NCBI RefSeq assembly: GCF_009914755.1
Contig: NC_060933.1
Strand: one strand, 5' to 3'
Source of the DNA: the human T2T-CHM13v2.0 reference genome, Homo sapiens
DNA: 64,000 nucleotides
The translations under genes were made by a program, and so were the position numbers. Shown piece by piece: positions 24,027 to 59,477 of this stretch; position 1 is the stretch's first letter, and the number at the start of each line of letters is the position of its first letter. Below the pieces are notes generated by a model. It was not told the DNA's origin, did no database searches, and saw only the letters and a list, made by a program, of their open reading frames with translations.

Positions 24027-24494
24027 AAAAGCACATTTTATCAGCATCTGCTATTTTATTATACCCATTCTAAAACTAAAAGTGGTTTATATGAAACTTC
24101 TTAACCAGTGTACATGTATATGCTTTCAAGTTAAATTATTCTAAGGTATCAACTGCAACGTATTCAGTCTCTCCTGAAGAAATACAGAAACCAAGTCCAC
24201 CGATATCTGTGGCTGATGACTGACAATTTAACTGAACAAAACAAGAAGAAGGCAAGGATTGGAATTATTTGTTCCTAACTTTCCATTAGGTACTAGAGCC
24301 AGGAAATCCCTTAACTATCAGCATCTTAACCAGTACCTGAATGTATGGAAGCACACTGCATAGACACAAATACTTCAGCCACTTCAGAATATCCAATTCT
24401 TCCTCTAGTTTTGTTCCCATTCCTGCTATCAATTCAGACTTTAATGTGTTTGGTTCTACAACAGGAACTCAGATGTCATACAGCATAGCAATTG

Positions 24495-25560
<1,066 letters not shown>

Positions 25561-26214
25561 AAAACATGGAACTGATCTCAGAAGGCCTGGTGGTGCTTCC
25601 ACGTGGAACCGACAGAAGAGCAATCTGTAGCCCGCTTCTCTCTCTAATCGCACCATGAGACCTTGTCTCCTCCGACTCTCCAATCTGCTCAGGATCACAC
25701 CAAGTGTTTACTTCAGCTTCAAAAAAAGCAAACAGTACTCCTGCTCCACCAGTTCTGTGTCAAAGCAGCAAGGAACTTAATCTCTCCAAACCTGCCTCCT
25801 CTTTAAAACAAGGATAATTCCTACCTATCTGCCTCACAAGGTTGTTATGAGGGCAAAAGTGAGATCATGTATATAAAAGTGGCTTTAAACTGACAAGCAC
25901 CAGAAAAACATACATTACGTGTATAACTACTTTCATATGGAAATTCAGAAGCGGCTTTAACAACGTAAGCTTCATAAAGCTTGCAACACCTCACCCATGC
26001 TTTATTCCATTTAAAACCCACATCATCTTCAAATAACACCTTTCTTGTTTTTGCCATAAACTGAAGGGCAGCATTGGGAGAAAAAAAAAAAGGGAAAGAA
26101 AGAAAACCCTTGGGGGGGAGAACACTCAAAACGCAATCAGAAATTATCTCACATGTCCTATGTCCTATGAAACTTCGGTATTTATGACCCCAGCGTGGGT
26201 CCGCGGCGCCCCGG

Positions 26215-26238
26215 AACTACACTTCCCACAAAGCATTG
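26215..26238 (+). promoter_or_regulatory. ZNF143 (SBS) / THAP11-HCFC1 ACTACA composite motif
   Basis: AACTACACTTCCCACAAAGCATTG is a close match to the ACTACAnTTCCCAnAATGC consensus. Confidence 0.75.
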
Positions 26239-26932
26239 AGGCGAACCCCGGCGGCGGGCGGGGCGGCCTAGGATTCAGGGTGACCACCGCTCTCCCCAGA
26301 CAGGGACCGCCGTCCCCGGGAAGGCTGCACCGCGTACGATCGAGGGGGCACTAACTCTCCTTTCTGAAAGCGCTGTCACCCCGTGGTTTCTCCTGCGGTT
26401 CGACCGGCGACCCTCTCCGCCCTCCCTGCTCCATCTGAGGGTCACCGCCTATTCGTGACCTTTCGGCTGATTACTAGAGTGTCACAAAAAGGCACCTTCT
26501 CCCCCTTCCCGAAAGCTCCATTTCTATAACTCAACCAGCCGTCGGGGACCCGGGGCCAGGCGGGGTCAGACGGGACGGGCGGACACTGCCCGTCACCCCG
26601 GGGCTCCGGCCCTCCCGCCAGCCGAGGCTCAGTGGGCAGGGGGCTGGGCTCCCCCGACCCCGGGCCAGGGCGGATCGCGGGCAGAGGTGGCTCCGCCCGG
26701 GGCTCCGGTTTCAATTTCGCAACGTGACGGTGCAAACCTGAGGCCTACAAACGCCAGCGGCGACGGTCCGCGCCCCGCCCGTCCGCCAGGCCCGGGCTCC
26801 CCAGCTCCCCGTACGCCGCGGCCGCCGCCCGCCCACCGGGCCTGGCGCCCCAGCCCTCATGCGGCCGCCGGCCCCCGGCACCGCGCGGCGCCCGTTCCGG
26901 CTCGCGGCCGCAGGTTCGGCCGCGGCACTTAC

Positions 26933-26972
26933 TCAGCTCATCCTGGGAGGCGGAGGCGGCGGCCGCAGCCAT
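26933..26972 (-). CDS. ECPAS: ECPAS alternative first exon (proximal), coding part MAAAAASASQDEL + 1 nt
   Basis: Minus strand AAC ATG GCT GCG GCC GCC GCC TCC GCC TCC CAG GAT GAG CTG A|GTAAGT: strong Kozak and consensus donor, phase 1. Matches the recalled ECM29 N-terminus MAAAAASASQDELNQLERVFLRL. Confidence 0.92.
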
Positions 26973-27312
26973 GTTGCGCCGGGGAGGGAACGAGGGAGGG
27001 GCTGGGGGGGCAGGGCGCGGCCGGGGGGCTCGCGGCTCGCGGTGCGGCAGGGGCCGCGAGCCGCCTCCGTTCACTCGGCGCGGACCGCGCTGTGCCCCGA
27101 GGCCCGCCCGCCGCCGCCGCCTGCGTCCTCCGCGTCGCGAGCGTCGCCCTTCGCTGCCCCCGCGAGCTCGCGACTCGGGCGCTCCCGCAGCCTCGCGCCT
27201 CTGCGGAGCCGCTGCCGCTGCCGCCGCCGCCGTCTGTGCGGCCGAATCCCCGTGCGCCAGGCCCGCGCGGCGGCTCTGCGACTCCGCGCCGCGCTCGCCC
27301 AACTCACGCCGG

Positions 27313-27319
27313 TTTTATA
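27313..27319 (-). promoter_or_regulatory. TATA box candidate (TATAAAA) upstream of the MAAAAASASQDEL exon
   Basis: Plus strand ttttata reads TATAAAA on minus, in an isolated AT-rich patch in the core of the CpG island and oriented with the gene. Confidence 0.5.
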
Positions 27320-27544
27320 TTTAGAAAGAGCTGAGCCATCCTCCCAGCGGCCCCCCCGCCGGGCCCCTCGCGCGCCCGCCCGCCCTCGCTCGCTCGCGGC
27401 TCGTCCTGCCCACCTGTCGCCGCCCGCCCCGCGTGCGCTCCCCGCGCGGACTCGACACGCGGCGGCCTGTGCGGGCGGCCCGGCCTAACCGCGCCGCCGC
27501 GCGCGCAGGGCCAGTCCCCCGCGGCCCGGGGGCGGGCCTCTGAC

Positions 27545-27566
27545 CTGAGTCGGAGCCGGTCTCCAT
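27545..27566 (-). CDS. ECPAS: ECPAS alternative first exon (distal), coding part METGSDS + 1 nt
   Basis: Minus strand GGC ATG GAG ACC GGC TCC GAC TCA G|GTCAGA: strong Kozak (G-3, G+4), 7 codons + G, then a GT donor. Matches my recollection of an METGSDSDQLERVF... ECM29 N-terminus. The exon 5' end cannot be determined from sequence. Confidence 0.8.
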
Positions 27567-27889
27567 GCCGCGGACGCTGCGCTCGGCGCCGCGAGGTGAG
27601 GGCTGTAGAGCGAGGCGTTCGGCGGGCCGGGCCCCGGGGAGCCGCGCGCCGCAGTCCGTGAGGGGCTGGGCCGAGCGGGCCCGGGCTGCCCTAGCGGCCG
27701 GGGGAAATCCTCGAGGCGGGGCCGGAGCGCCCTTTTCCGAGGTCTGCGGCTGTCACGTTGGCTGGGCCCGACCTGGGGAAACACGCCTGTCCAAAGGAAG
27801 AGACGTGGACTCAGAAAAGTAGAGCCGGGCTCGGAGTCGGCGGGAGGAAGCCCCGCCCTGCGCCTCCCGCCGAACTTCTCGGCCCCGGC

Positions 27890-27898
27890 GCTGACTCA
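27890..27898 (-). promoter_or_regulatory. ARE / AP-1 (CNC-sMaf) element TGAGTCAGC
   Basis: Plus strand GCTGACTCA reads TGAGTCAGC on minus, fitting TGA(C/G)nnnGC. It lies near an ETS-like GGAAG (27846-27850) and a GC box (27851-27858). Confidence 0.55.
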
Positions 27899-28477
27899 GT
27901 CCCGGACGAGCCCCTGCGCCGCAGCGGCCCCCGACAGCCCAGTTCTGGTGTGGAGGTGGCTGGTGCTCCCAAAACGGCTAGCGGGAGCAGGGGGTCCACT
28001 CAGCCCTGCAAAAGTTAGATAAGGCAAGATTCCTAAAGTTCACATGGAAGTATCTATGCCTATGTGAGCTCTGAGATTTTGTTCAGATACCCTATGTTCT
28101 TTTCGGTAACTAGAGTGATTTATTTTCGATATGCTGATTTTAACTTTCTGCCTTCGCTTTGTCCGTGAGGTCATGTACACTTGCAAAATGAAATTCAAAT
28201 TCAGGGGTTGCATAATTGCTGTACTTTAAGTGATGGTACTGTCATAACAAATTAGATACAAGATCAGATACTTTTTTTATATAAGAAGAAATCAAGTCTT
28301 AAATAGATTGAAATTGCATTTATTCCTTAAAGCAGAAATCTATAAAGCCCTAAGTAATGTCTTAAAAATGGAATATATGTCATTCCTGTTGTAACATAGG
28401 CCAAGTACAAGGTACAACACTGAAGACATTTTTATTTCCTTTATTGTTTTTGTTATAGAAATTATACATGATCTTGG

Positions 28478-33740
<5,263 letters not shown>

Positions 33741-34027
33741 CTATCTCTTCTGGTTTCCTTTAGACAATGACTTCAAAGTTCGTGTTCCCCTAAAAGAATT
33801 TTGAAAAACACTGTAATCCAATAATGCATTTTTATGTTGGCACCTAAAATTTTTTCTCATAACTTAAATAATTGAAAAGAGGAAATTTTGACAACAAATT
33901 ATATTGTAAATATCAGCATTTTAAAATAAAGACCATTTTATCACTTTTTAAAATGTATCTGTAGAATCTAAATAAGATTTTTTCTAAATACATTTGAATT
34001 TATTTTGAATTTATTTATTTATTTATT

Positions 34028-35832
<1,805 letters not shown>

Positions 35833-36016
35833 AGATATCTACCATCATCATTATTTTAAAAATACATGAACAAGACATGTTACATAATTGCTCTTTCTCC
35901 TTGAACTTGTGGTTTGACTTGACTTCCCTCACAATAATTTAAATGAATGCAATACAGTTTTAACCTTTAAAGTTTTATTCACTTCATTATTTTCTTCAAC
36001 AAAAATACATATATAA

Positions 36017-38324
<2,308 letters not shown>

Positions 38325-39554
38325 TGAAAGTCAATATTTTCTGGGTTTCAGCTGCAAATCACTCTACCTGCTCTTTCTTTGCAATCTCCACTCCCTCATC
38401 TTCAATTACTTAAATGACTCTTTCATTTGTCTCTCCAGTTAGGTCTCCCGGACATCACCTACATGTCCCATTTGTGCTTCAAACTTAATGTGTTTCCAGC
38501 TGAATTTAACTTCCTTCTCAAACCTGCTTCCTGTATCCTTCAGAGTGCGTGGAACCAGCATCCAGTCGACCGAACCAGAGACCTGGGAGCAGTATATAAT
38601 TCCATCCTCTCTCACCTTTACTCACTATATATGCTGATGGTCACTGGGTAGTATCAGTTAGGGTTTCTCTGGTTCCTAGCACAGAAACCAACTCATGTAA
38701 ACACAACAAGGTTTGTAGAAGAGTACTAGAGAAGTTCACAGAAACAAAGGAAAATTAAAGAACTAGGCTTCATGAAGGGTAGAAAGCAGGCAACTGTGGG
38801 GTTCTCCCCAAGAGGAGCTGGAAGACCATCCCCCAGAGAACTACACCCACATAATTCGGCAACAATACAGCCTTTCATTTTCGGATGAGGTGGAATAAGA
38901 ATTATAAACTCCAAACTTTTGATTCAACCTTGGTTAAAATGAAAAGAAACCATTGGTTGCAATGCTATTGGATGGGAGGTAAATAATCTTGTTGACGTAA
39001 ATCTTCAAGAATCCAAACTACACTGCTGATCCCCACATTTCTCAACAACAAAAGAAGGAGATGATTAGAGGAAGTTTACATTCTGATGACTACAGGAACA
39101 CAATGAACAAGATATTGGCTCTAAGAGACGAAGGTCATACTTAAGTTTCAAATCTATGCATGCTCTATTTCTTATTATCATGACCATGCCTTCTTTAATG
39201 TTTAATAAAGAGCAACAGACTCCTGTTTTAAGTAAATTTTCTCATTCACGCTATAAATGAGTTGACCAGCCTTGTATTCACATATATACTGTGTAGATTC
39301 TTTTGTCAGACCAAGAGTATTTTGAGTGACCCTCTCCCATAGCTGTAGATATTAAAGTCACCTCTGATACAGCTGATTTCAATGCAATACAAAGCTGATT
39401 TATACAGTAGTATCAGGATCAAACTCCTGGGAGGGTTGGAATTGATTGATTTAGTTTGGATCACATATCCATCCTGTCAGGGGGAGTTGAGAGTATTAAT
39501 ATAGGAATGGGGATAGGAAAGTTGAACAATAAGGTAAACAATAATAACCACATC

Positions 39555-39904
39555 TGATATGGTTTGGCTCTGTGTCTTCACCCAATCTCATCTTAAATTG
39601 TAATCCCCACGTGTAGAGAGAGGGACCTGGAGGAAGTGAGTGGATCATGGGGGTGGTTCCCCCCATGCTGTTCCCAATAGTGAGGGAGTTCTCACAAGAT
39701 CTGGCATTTCCCCTGCCCTCACTCTGTCTCTCTCCTGCCGCCATGTAAGACGTGCCTTGCTTTCCCTTCACCTTCCACCAAGATTGTAAGTTTCCTGAGG
39801 CCTCCTCAGGCATACAGAACTGTGAGTCAATTAAACCTCTCTTCTTTTTAAATTACCCAGTCTCAAGTAGTATCTTTATACCAGTGTGAAAACGGACTAA
39901 TACA
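39555..39904 (+). mobile_element. THE1D-like (MaLR) solo LTR
   Basis: TGATATGGTTTGGCTCTGTG...AAAACGGACTAATACA, 350 bp, 5-bp TSD acatc/atatc. Confidence 0.9.
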
Positions 39905-39982
39905 ATATCTCGCTATACAGCAAATATTCAGTCTGCTTAAAGTGGCCCTAAACTGTCACTTTATCTCAATGCCTCGCCTTAG

Positions 39983-41220
<1,238 letters not shown>

Positions 41221-41369
41221 CTCAAAGTTTACCAGTGACTTCTCATACAATGTTTAGTGATTTTTCAGGACAGCTTAGTCTTGCTGACATCTATCAAACA
41301 TCAGACACCTCATGCAACTCTTCTTGTTGGCCTTGACTCATTTTTCTTCTTTCTAAAGTCTATCTGTTT

Positions 41370-43262
<1,893 letters not shown>

Positions 43263-43734
43263 GCCTGTTAGTTTGAAAAGTCTGTTAGTTTTATGCACAT
43301 ATACATTTGATAACTTTCTTAAATTCTGATTTGATATTTTCTTTTCATCTCTGTGTGCTTAAATTCCCTGGGTTTTTGGGGAGTGGGATAGGGGATATTT
43401 AAATAATACTTGGTTGTCTTTTCCCCTAGTCCTCAGCTCCCTAACTGAGGTTAGTGGAGGAACAGTCTCAGGGTGGCTCCTGGAATAATACAGTTTCTCC
43501 AGGGATGCCAATAGTCTTAGCTCATTTTGGCAACTATAACAGAATACCATAGACTGGGTGGTTTATAAACAACAGAAATTTATTTCTCACAGTTCTGGAG
43601 GCTAGTAAGTCCAAGACCAAGACCCAGCAAACTTGGTGTCCAGTGAGGGCCCACTTCCTGGTTCACAGACAGCCACTTCATTGTGTCTTCACTGGCAGAA
43701 GGGTTCAGGGAGTCCTCCAGAGTCCTTTTATTTC

Positions 43735-44567
<833 letters not shown>

Positions 44568-44586
44568 TCATAGGCTCTTTTATAAG

Positions 44587-46278
44587 TGATGGCAGCGGCA
44601 GCCCACCCAGAGCGGCCACTGTGAAGACGCCTGGCTGCAGCGGAGGGAGGTGCGGTGGGGGCTGCATCCTCTGTGGAGCTGGCTGGGAGCAGGCAGAGGT
44701 ACTGGGAACACGCGGGAGCCCCACCCCCTTCTGAGTTGGTGGCGCCTTCCCAGGTGCCTCTGCCACCGCCCAGCCCCACTGTGGACCAGGGCATCCCTGC
44801 ACTCTGGGGGTCCAAGAAGCCCCCTGTCCCCACAGGCTCAGAAGTACCTGCTTCCGCTGCCTGGCCTCTCTGTGCTCCCAGCGCCTGCTCCGATTTCGGA
44901 GCAAAGTTGAGGCCAAGCCCAGGCACTGTCGCAAACTGGCCACGTGTGCAGGTACTTGCAATGCTGACATGCCAGCCTCCTGCAGCCTTGACCCCCTCCA
45001 GACTTTGAGCACCCATAGGAGGGAGGCTGAGGGAGAACTTGGGGCAGCTCAGCGTGGGCCTGCAGACATCCCACTGCATGAACATCCTGGGCACAGTGGG
45101 TGCTGTGGATGGCAAGTTGATGGCAGTAGGAAGCAGATAGGCTCCTGGGCGGAAAGGGGTGGGTCCCCAGTGAAACCCCGCCTTCAAGCCAGGGACAGCC
45201 TAAAGCCTGGGGGCCAGGCTATCGGTTCCCAGTGGTGTGGGTGCCTGGAGTCAGAGCTTATGGTGCTTTTTCTGGGCCACCCATGGCTGCCCATGGACCA
45301 ATCAGTATGCGCTTCCTCCCTTCTGAGTCCATAAACCACCTCCCCCCAATCTGTCCAGACTCACACAGACGTCACGAAGACTACCAGCTGTTGGAAGGAG
45401 CTACTAAATTTGGGTCTCCTTAACTCCTGGGGATGACCAGCTGTTGGAAGGAGCTACTAAATTTGGGTCTCCTTAACTCCTGGGGATGACCAGCCTGTGG
45501 ATAGGAGCTACCCACTCCAGGTCTCCTCTCTGCTGAGGGCTGCTCTCAGCAGCACTACCTGCCTGTGGAAAGCAGCTACCCACTTCAGGTCTCCTGAGAG
45601 CTGTTCTGTTGCTCAGTAAAGCTCCTCTCTGCCTTGCTCACCCTCCAGCTGTCTGTGTACCTCATTCTTCCTGCATATAGGATAAGAATTCTGGATCCAC
45701 CAAATGGTAGGACTGAAAAAGCTGTAACACAAACAGGACTGAAACGCACTTCCCCCTCTCCCCAACCCACCCCCCACTCGCCACATTATAGGCGACAAGA
45801 AAGAAAGAAGAGCAGTGGCCCACCGGGGAGCCCAGGCCTAGGGGATCCCTGAGCCAGGGATGTGACACCCTCTCTGGGGCTCTGTGGTTTCTGGTGTCTC
45901 CAAGCTTCTGGGCACCACCATGTTCCTCTGTCCAGATGCATGTGCCCACAGCAGAAGCTGTTGGTGGTGCATCAGATCCAGCTACAGGTTTGCACGGAGC
46001 TGGCCCCTGGAGCTGCCCACCCTGCTGCAGCAGCCAGTATGCCTGGCTGTGTGCAGTGGCAGGACCCTGCGCTTGCTCACTCATGCACCCCTTGCTGCTC
46101 CAAGCGTGGCTTGCCCTTGGCAGGTGTGGGATCTGGGCCAGTAGTGTGAGCCAAGCACAGCCTGCCAGGCCATGTCAGCAAAACAAGCCCAACAAGCCTG
46201 AGCAAAACTCAGGCAAAGGCATCACCCACCACAGAGCTTTTCTGGCATGAAAAGAGACACCCAAGGGATCCTGTGACA
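44587..46278 (-). mobile_element. MER52-family (ERV1) solo LTR, ~1.7 kb, GC-rich
   Basis: TGATGGCAGCGGC...GGATCCTGTGACA termini with exact 4-bp TSD TAAG (44583-44586, 46279-46282). Confidence 0.85.
45383..45494. repeat. Exact 53-bp tandem duplication inside MER52
   Basis: accagctgttggaaggagctactaaatttgggtctccttaactcctggggatg at 45383 and 45436, then accagc again at 45489. Confidence 0.95.
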
Positions 46279-46459
46279 TAAGGGCACTAATCTGATTTAT
46301 GAGGGTAGAGCCCTTGTGACCTCATCACCTACCAAGGCCCTACCTCCAAATACCATCACACTGGAGGTTAGGATTTTGACATGAGAATTTTCAGAGAACA
46401 CAAACATTCAGACCATCCATGAGATATATGTTCAAGAGGTATTTCTTTCAGACTAATAA

Positions 46460-46819
<360 letters not shown>

Positions 46820-46899
46820 TGATATTTTGGGAAGTTGAGAACTATTATATCAGTTAGGATGCTAGTAATAGGAAACCCAAATCAAAACTGCTTAGACCT

Positions 46900-48110
46900 C
46901 AAAAAGAGACACACAAATGGCCAATAGGTATACGAAAAATGCTCAACATCACTAATCATCAGGGAAATGCAAATCAAAACCACAATGAGATATCATTCAT
47001 GATATTTAAAATGGCTATTAACAAAAAGACAGAAAATAAGAGATGCTGGCAAGAATTCAAAGAAAGGGGAATGTACTTATATTGTAGGTGGGAATGTAAA
47101 TTAGTACAGCCATCATGGAAAACAGTATAAAAGTTACTCAAAAAACTAAAAATAGAACTTGTATGATTCAGCACTCTCACTGCTGGGTATATATTCAAAA
47201 GAAAGGAAATCAGTATAGCAAAGAGATACCTGCACTTTCATGTTTATTGGAGCATTATTCACACTACCAAGATGTGGAATCAACCTAAATGTCCATCAAT
47301 AGATGAATATATAAAGTGTGGCATATATACAAAACGGAATATTGTTCAGCCTTAAAAAAGAATGAGGCCAGTTACAGTGGCTCACATGTGTAATCCCAGC
47401 ACTTTGGGAGGCTGAGACAGGCAGGTTGCTTGAGCTCAGGAGCTTGAGACCAGCGCGGGCAACATGGCAAAACCTTGTCTCTACAAAAAATACAAAAATT
47501 AGCTGGGCACTTGAGCCCAGGAGGTTGAGGCTGCAGTGAGCCATGATTGCACCACCGCACTCCAGCCTGGGCAACAGAGTGAGACCCTGCCTCAAAAACA
47601 AACAAAAGAAAGAAAAGAGAAAAGAATGAAATCCTGGCATTTGCAACAACATATATAGAACTGGAGGTCATCATGTTAAGTGAAATAAATCAGACACTCA
47701 GAGACAAATATCACGTCATCACTCGTATGCGGAAGCTTAAGAGGTAGAGACACGGAAGTAGAGAGTAGAATGGTGATTACCAGAGGCCAGGAAGGGAAGA
47801 GGAGAAAGCTGCATAAAGAGAAATTGGGTAATAGCTACAAAAATGCAGTTAGATAAAGGGAATAACTTCTAGTATTTGATAGTACAGTAGGAAAATTATA
47901 ATTACAATTATTTATTGTATATTTCAAAATAGCTAGAAGAGAAGAATTATAATGTGCCCAAAGTGAAGAAAAGTTAAATGTTTGAGGTGATGGGTATCCC
48001 AATTACCCTTATTTGATCATTACACCTTGTATACAGGTATCAAAATATCACATGTATCCCAAAATATGTAAAACGCTTATATAGAAATACAAAATAAAAT
48101 GTAAAAAATA
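46900..48110 (+). mobile_element. L1MA-type 3' end with an internally deleted AluJ (47366-47615)
   Basis: aatgctcaacatcactaatcatcagggaaatgcaaatcaaaaccacaatgagata, L1 3' UTR and A tail; Alu TSD aaaagaatga. Confidence 0.9.
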
Positions 48111-48119
48111 GAAACAGCT

Positions 48120-54080
<5,961 letters not shown>

Positions 54081-54485
54081 CCCCCAAGCCATCAGACAAC
54101 TATGTGGTATATAGTGGAACACAGGTTCAGGAGCTGTGCTGCCTGGTTTGGAATCCCAGTTCTACCTCTTTACTAGTTGTCCAATGCTTACTAGCTGAAC
54201 TGTTACCAGAAACACTGTAACACATGCAGTAAACACTATACTCAGCTATTTGTCCTATAGACTCCATATATGTTTTTTGACTTTTTTTTTCTGATAATAG
54301 TATCTGCACATCTTCCTGGCATAAGTAAGGTGTTATATATGAGTAAGTGGAATTTCTGAATGAGAGAAACACAGGGGAAGGAAAAGAATAAGTCATTTGG
54401 TGGTTAAGAAAGGATTAAAGAAACTTGGGGCATTAAAAGATTTGTATGAGGCTGGGCGCGGTGTCTCATGCCTGTAATCCCAGAA

Positions 54486-55665
<1,180 letters not shown>

Positions 55666-55849
55666 TTAGCTGGGCATGGTGGCAGGCACCTGTAATCCCA
55701 GCTACATGGGAGGCTGAAGCAGGGAGAATCGCTCAAACCTAGGAGGTGGAGGTTGCAGGGAGACAAGATTGCACCACTGCACTCCAGCCTGGGTAATAGA
55801 GCGAGACTCAGTCTCCAAAAAAAATAAAATAAAAATATACAAATACAAA

Positions 55850-57796
<1,947 letters not shown>

Positions 57797-58511
57797 TCAA
57801 AAAACAATTCAAAGACAGATAAATGTAGGAATTCAGGAGCAGGGAAATCATTCCCAAGGTTTCCAGTTTAGAGAACAGAGTAGATAATGCCACTAACCAT
57901 GGGAGAGGAAACTAGGGAAAGGCTAAGATGGGTTTTGGCAATGTTGGGCTATCTAAACAAACATTAATTATTTATCATCTCCCCTCTCCCAGCCACTTAT
58001 TTTCAAAAACTAGTGGATGTGTCTTATAATAAGAGGAGTGATAGAGAAGAAAAAAGATTACTCATAAAGACAAAAGCCAAGTTGTAAAGCAAATCAGAAC
58101 ATGCCCAGCTAGGACCAAAGCAAAGGTGAACATTTCTAAGCCAGCAAGGACATCAACTGTGACTTGGTAAGGTTGACACACTTAGAAAATCATTTGGCTA
58201 AATTGCAGCCTGCCCTTGTCTCTTGTCCCCAGGCAGATCAGGACCCAACAATGAGGACTTTTGGGGAGGGCTGGCATCCAATGTTGAGCATGGAAAATGA
58301 CTCCCAGGTCATGTGGCCTCAAAGGAGACTGAGAGAAAGTGGGAGCAACATAAGTGCCCAGTGTGTTTCATGGGGAGGAAGGGGCCTCAAAGAATTCCAA
58401 GGCCCCCACCCATAGCCATCCACTGTGCCTCTGCCTAGATTAGCTTTGTAATTGGACTGGGCCAGTATCTACAAGGTAAGAAAGATCTGTAGGCAAACAA
58501 TACTATCAATA

Positions 58512-59191
58512 TGAGAAAAGAAAGATGGCTCACAGCAGTCTGAGCACTGTGAGGTCTGCAAGAGAAACATGAGTCAGCCCCCACACCCATACCTGGTGGC
58601 AACTGTTTAAAGCCTGACTAGCTGTCTCACCCATTATTTTCATGCTCCTGAAATTTGTGATACAAAAAATTATGTATAGCCAATCAATATGTTATTTTAA
58701 TGTGAATTATTGGTAAATAACTTAGGAACTACCTCTTCTTTTCCTTTAAAAATCCATCTGGGCAAGGTGGCTCACATCTGTAATCCCAGCACTTTGGCAG
58801 GCTGAGGCAGGAGGATTGCTTGAGGCCAGGAGTTTGAGACCAGCCTGGGTAATGTAGGGAGATCCCACTGAATTTAAAAATTAGCTGTGCAAGTGGTGGT
58901 GCATACCTGTGGTTCCAGATACCTGGGAGGCTGAGGTGGGAGGATCACCTGAGTCCAGGAGGTTGAGGTGCAGTGAACTGCGATCACACCATTGCACTCC
59001 AGCCTGGGCAACAGAGACTGTGAGTGACACCCTGTCTCAAAAACAAAACAAAACAAAAACAAAAACCTCTTGTAAGTGCTGCTAATCAGAGTGTATAAAA
59101 GGCAACATGAATCTGTGCTTCCTCAAACTTGGCTCAAATAAACTCCCTGCTTATATTAATTTTGCCTACGCTGCTTTCCTCTAGGTCAACA
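58512..59191 (+). mobile_element. ERV1-class (MER34-like) solo LTR containing an AluJ (58757-59062)
   Basis: tgag...aggtcaaca ends, tagccaatcaat, aaataaactc poly(A) region. Subfamily uncertain. Confidence 0.65.
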
Positions 59192-59477
59192 AATATCAGG
59201 CAGAGGGAAAATAATTGCTGGAATCCAGTTTGAATTTACCCTAGACTAAGAAATGCTTTGTCTCTCTGATAATCCCAGTCCCTTTCTGCCCCTGCCCTCC
59301 TGCCCCAAGAGAAGGTGGGATACTTCTATTCCTGTGCTAGAAACCCCACGCTTCCATGCATTCTTTCCAGGCTGACCCACCCTCTCACAACCACCCTCAA
59401 ACCCTCCACTGAGGCCTCTGGAACCGATTTAGTCTTCACAAATTCCCCTGCATCCTCAACAGCTTCACAGAACGGAT

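Larger units (their letters stand above)
26190..27990. promoter_or_regulatory. CpG island / ECPAS promoter region
   Basis: About 1.8 kb of very GC- and CpG-rich, transposon-free sequence with many GC boxes (CCCCGCCC/GGGCGG). Contains two first exons. Confidence 0.95.

Noticed and set aside
27485-27784. 99-aa minus-strand ORF overlapping the distal first exon
   Set aside because: Non-ATG start, out of frame with METGSDS, and when spliced to the 104-nt exon it terminates (…HVSH*); no support as ECPAS coding sequence.
26687-27822. Long overlapping plus-strand ORFs (215, 209, 117 aa) in the CpG island
   Set aside because: Low-complexity Pro/Arg/Ala/Gly frames expected from stop-codon scarcity in GC-rich DNA; no recognisable domain.
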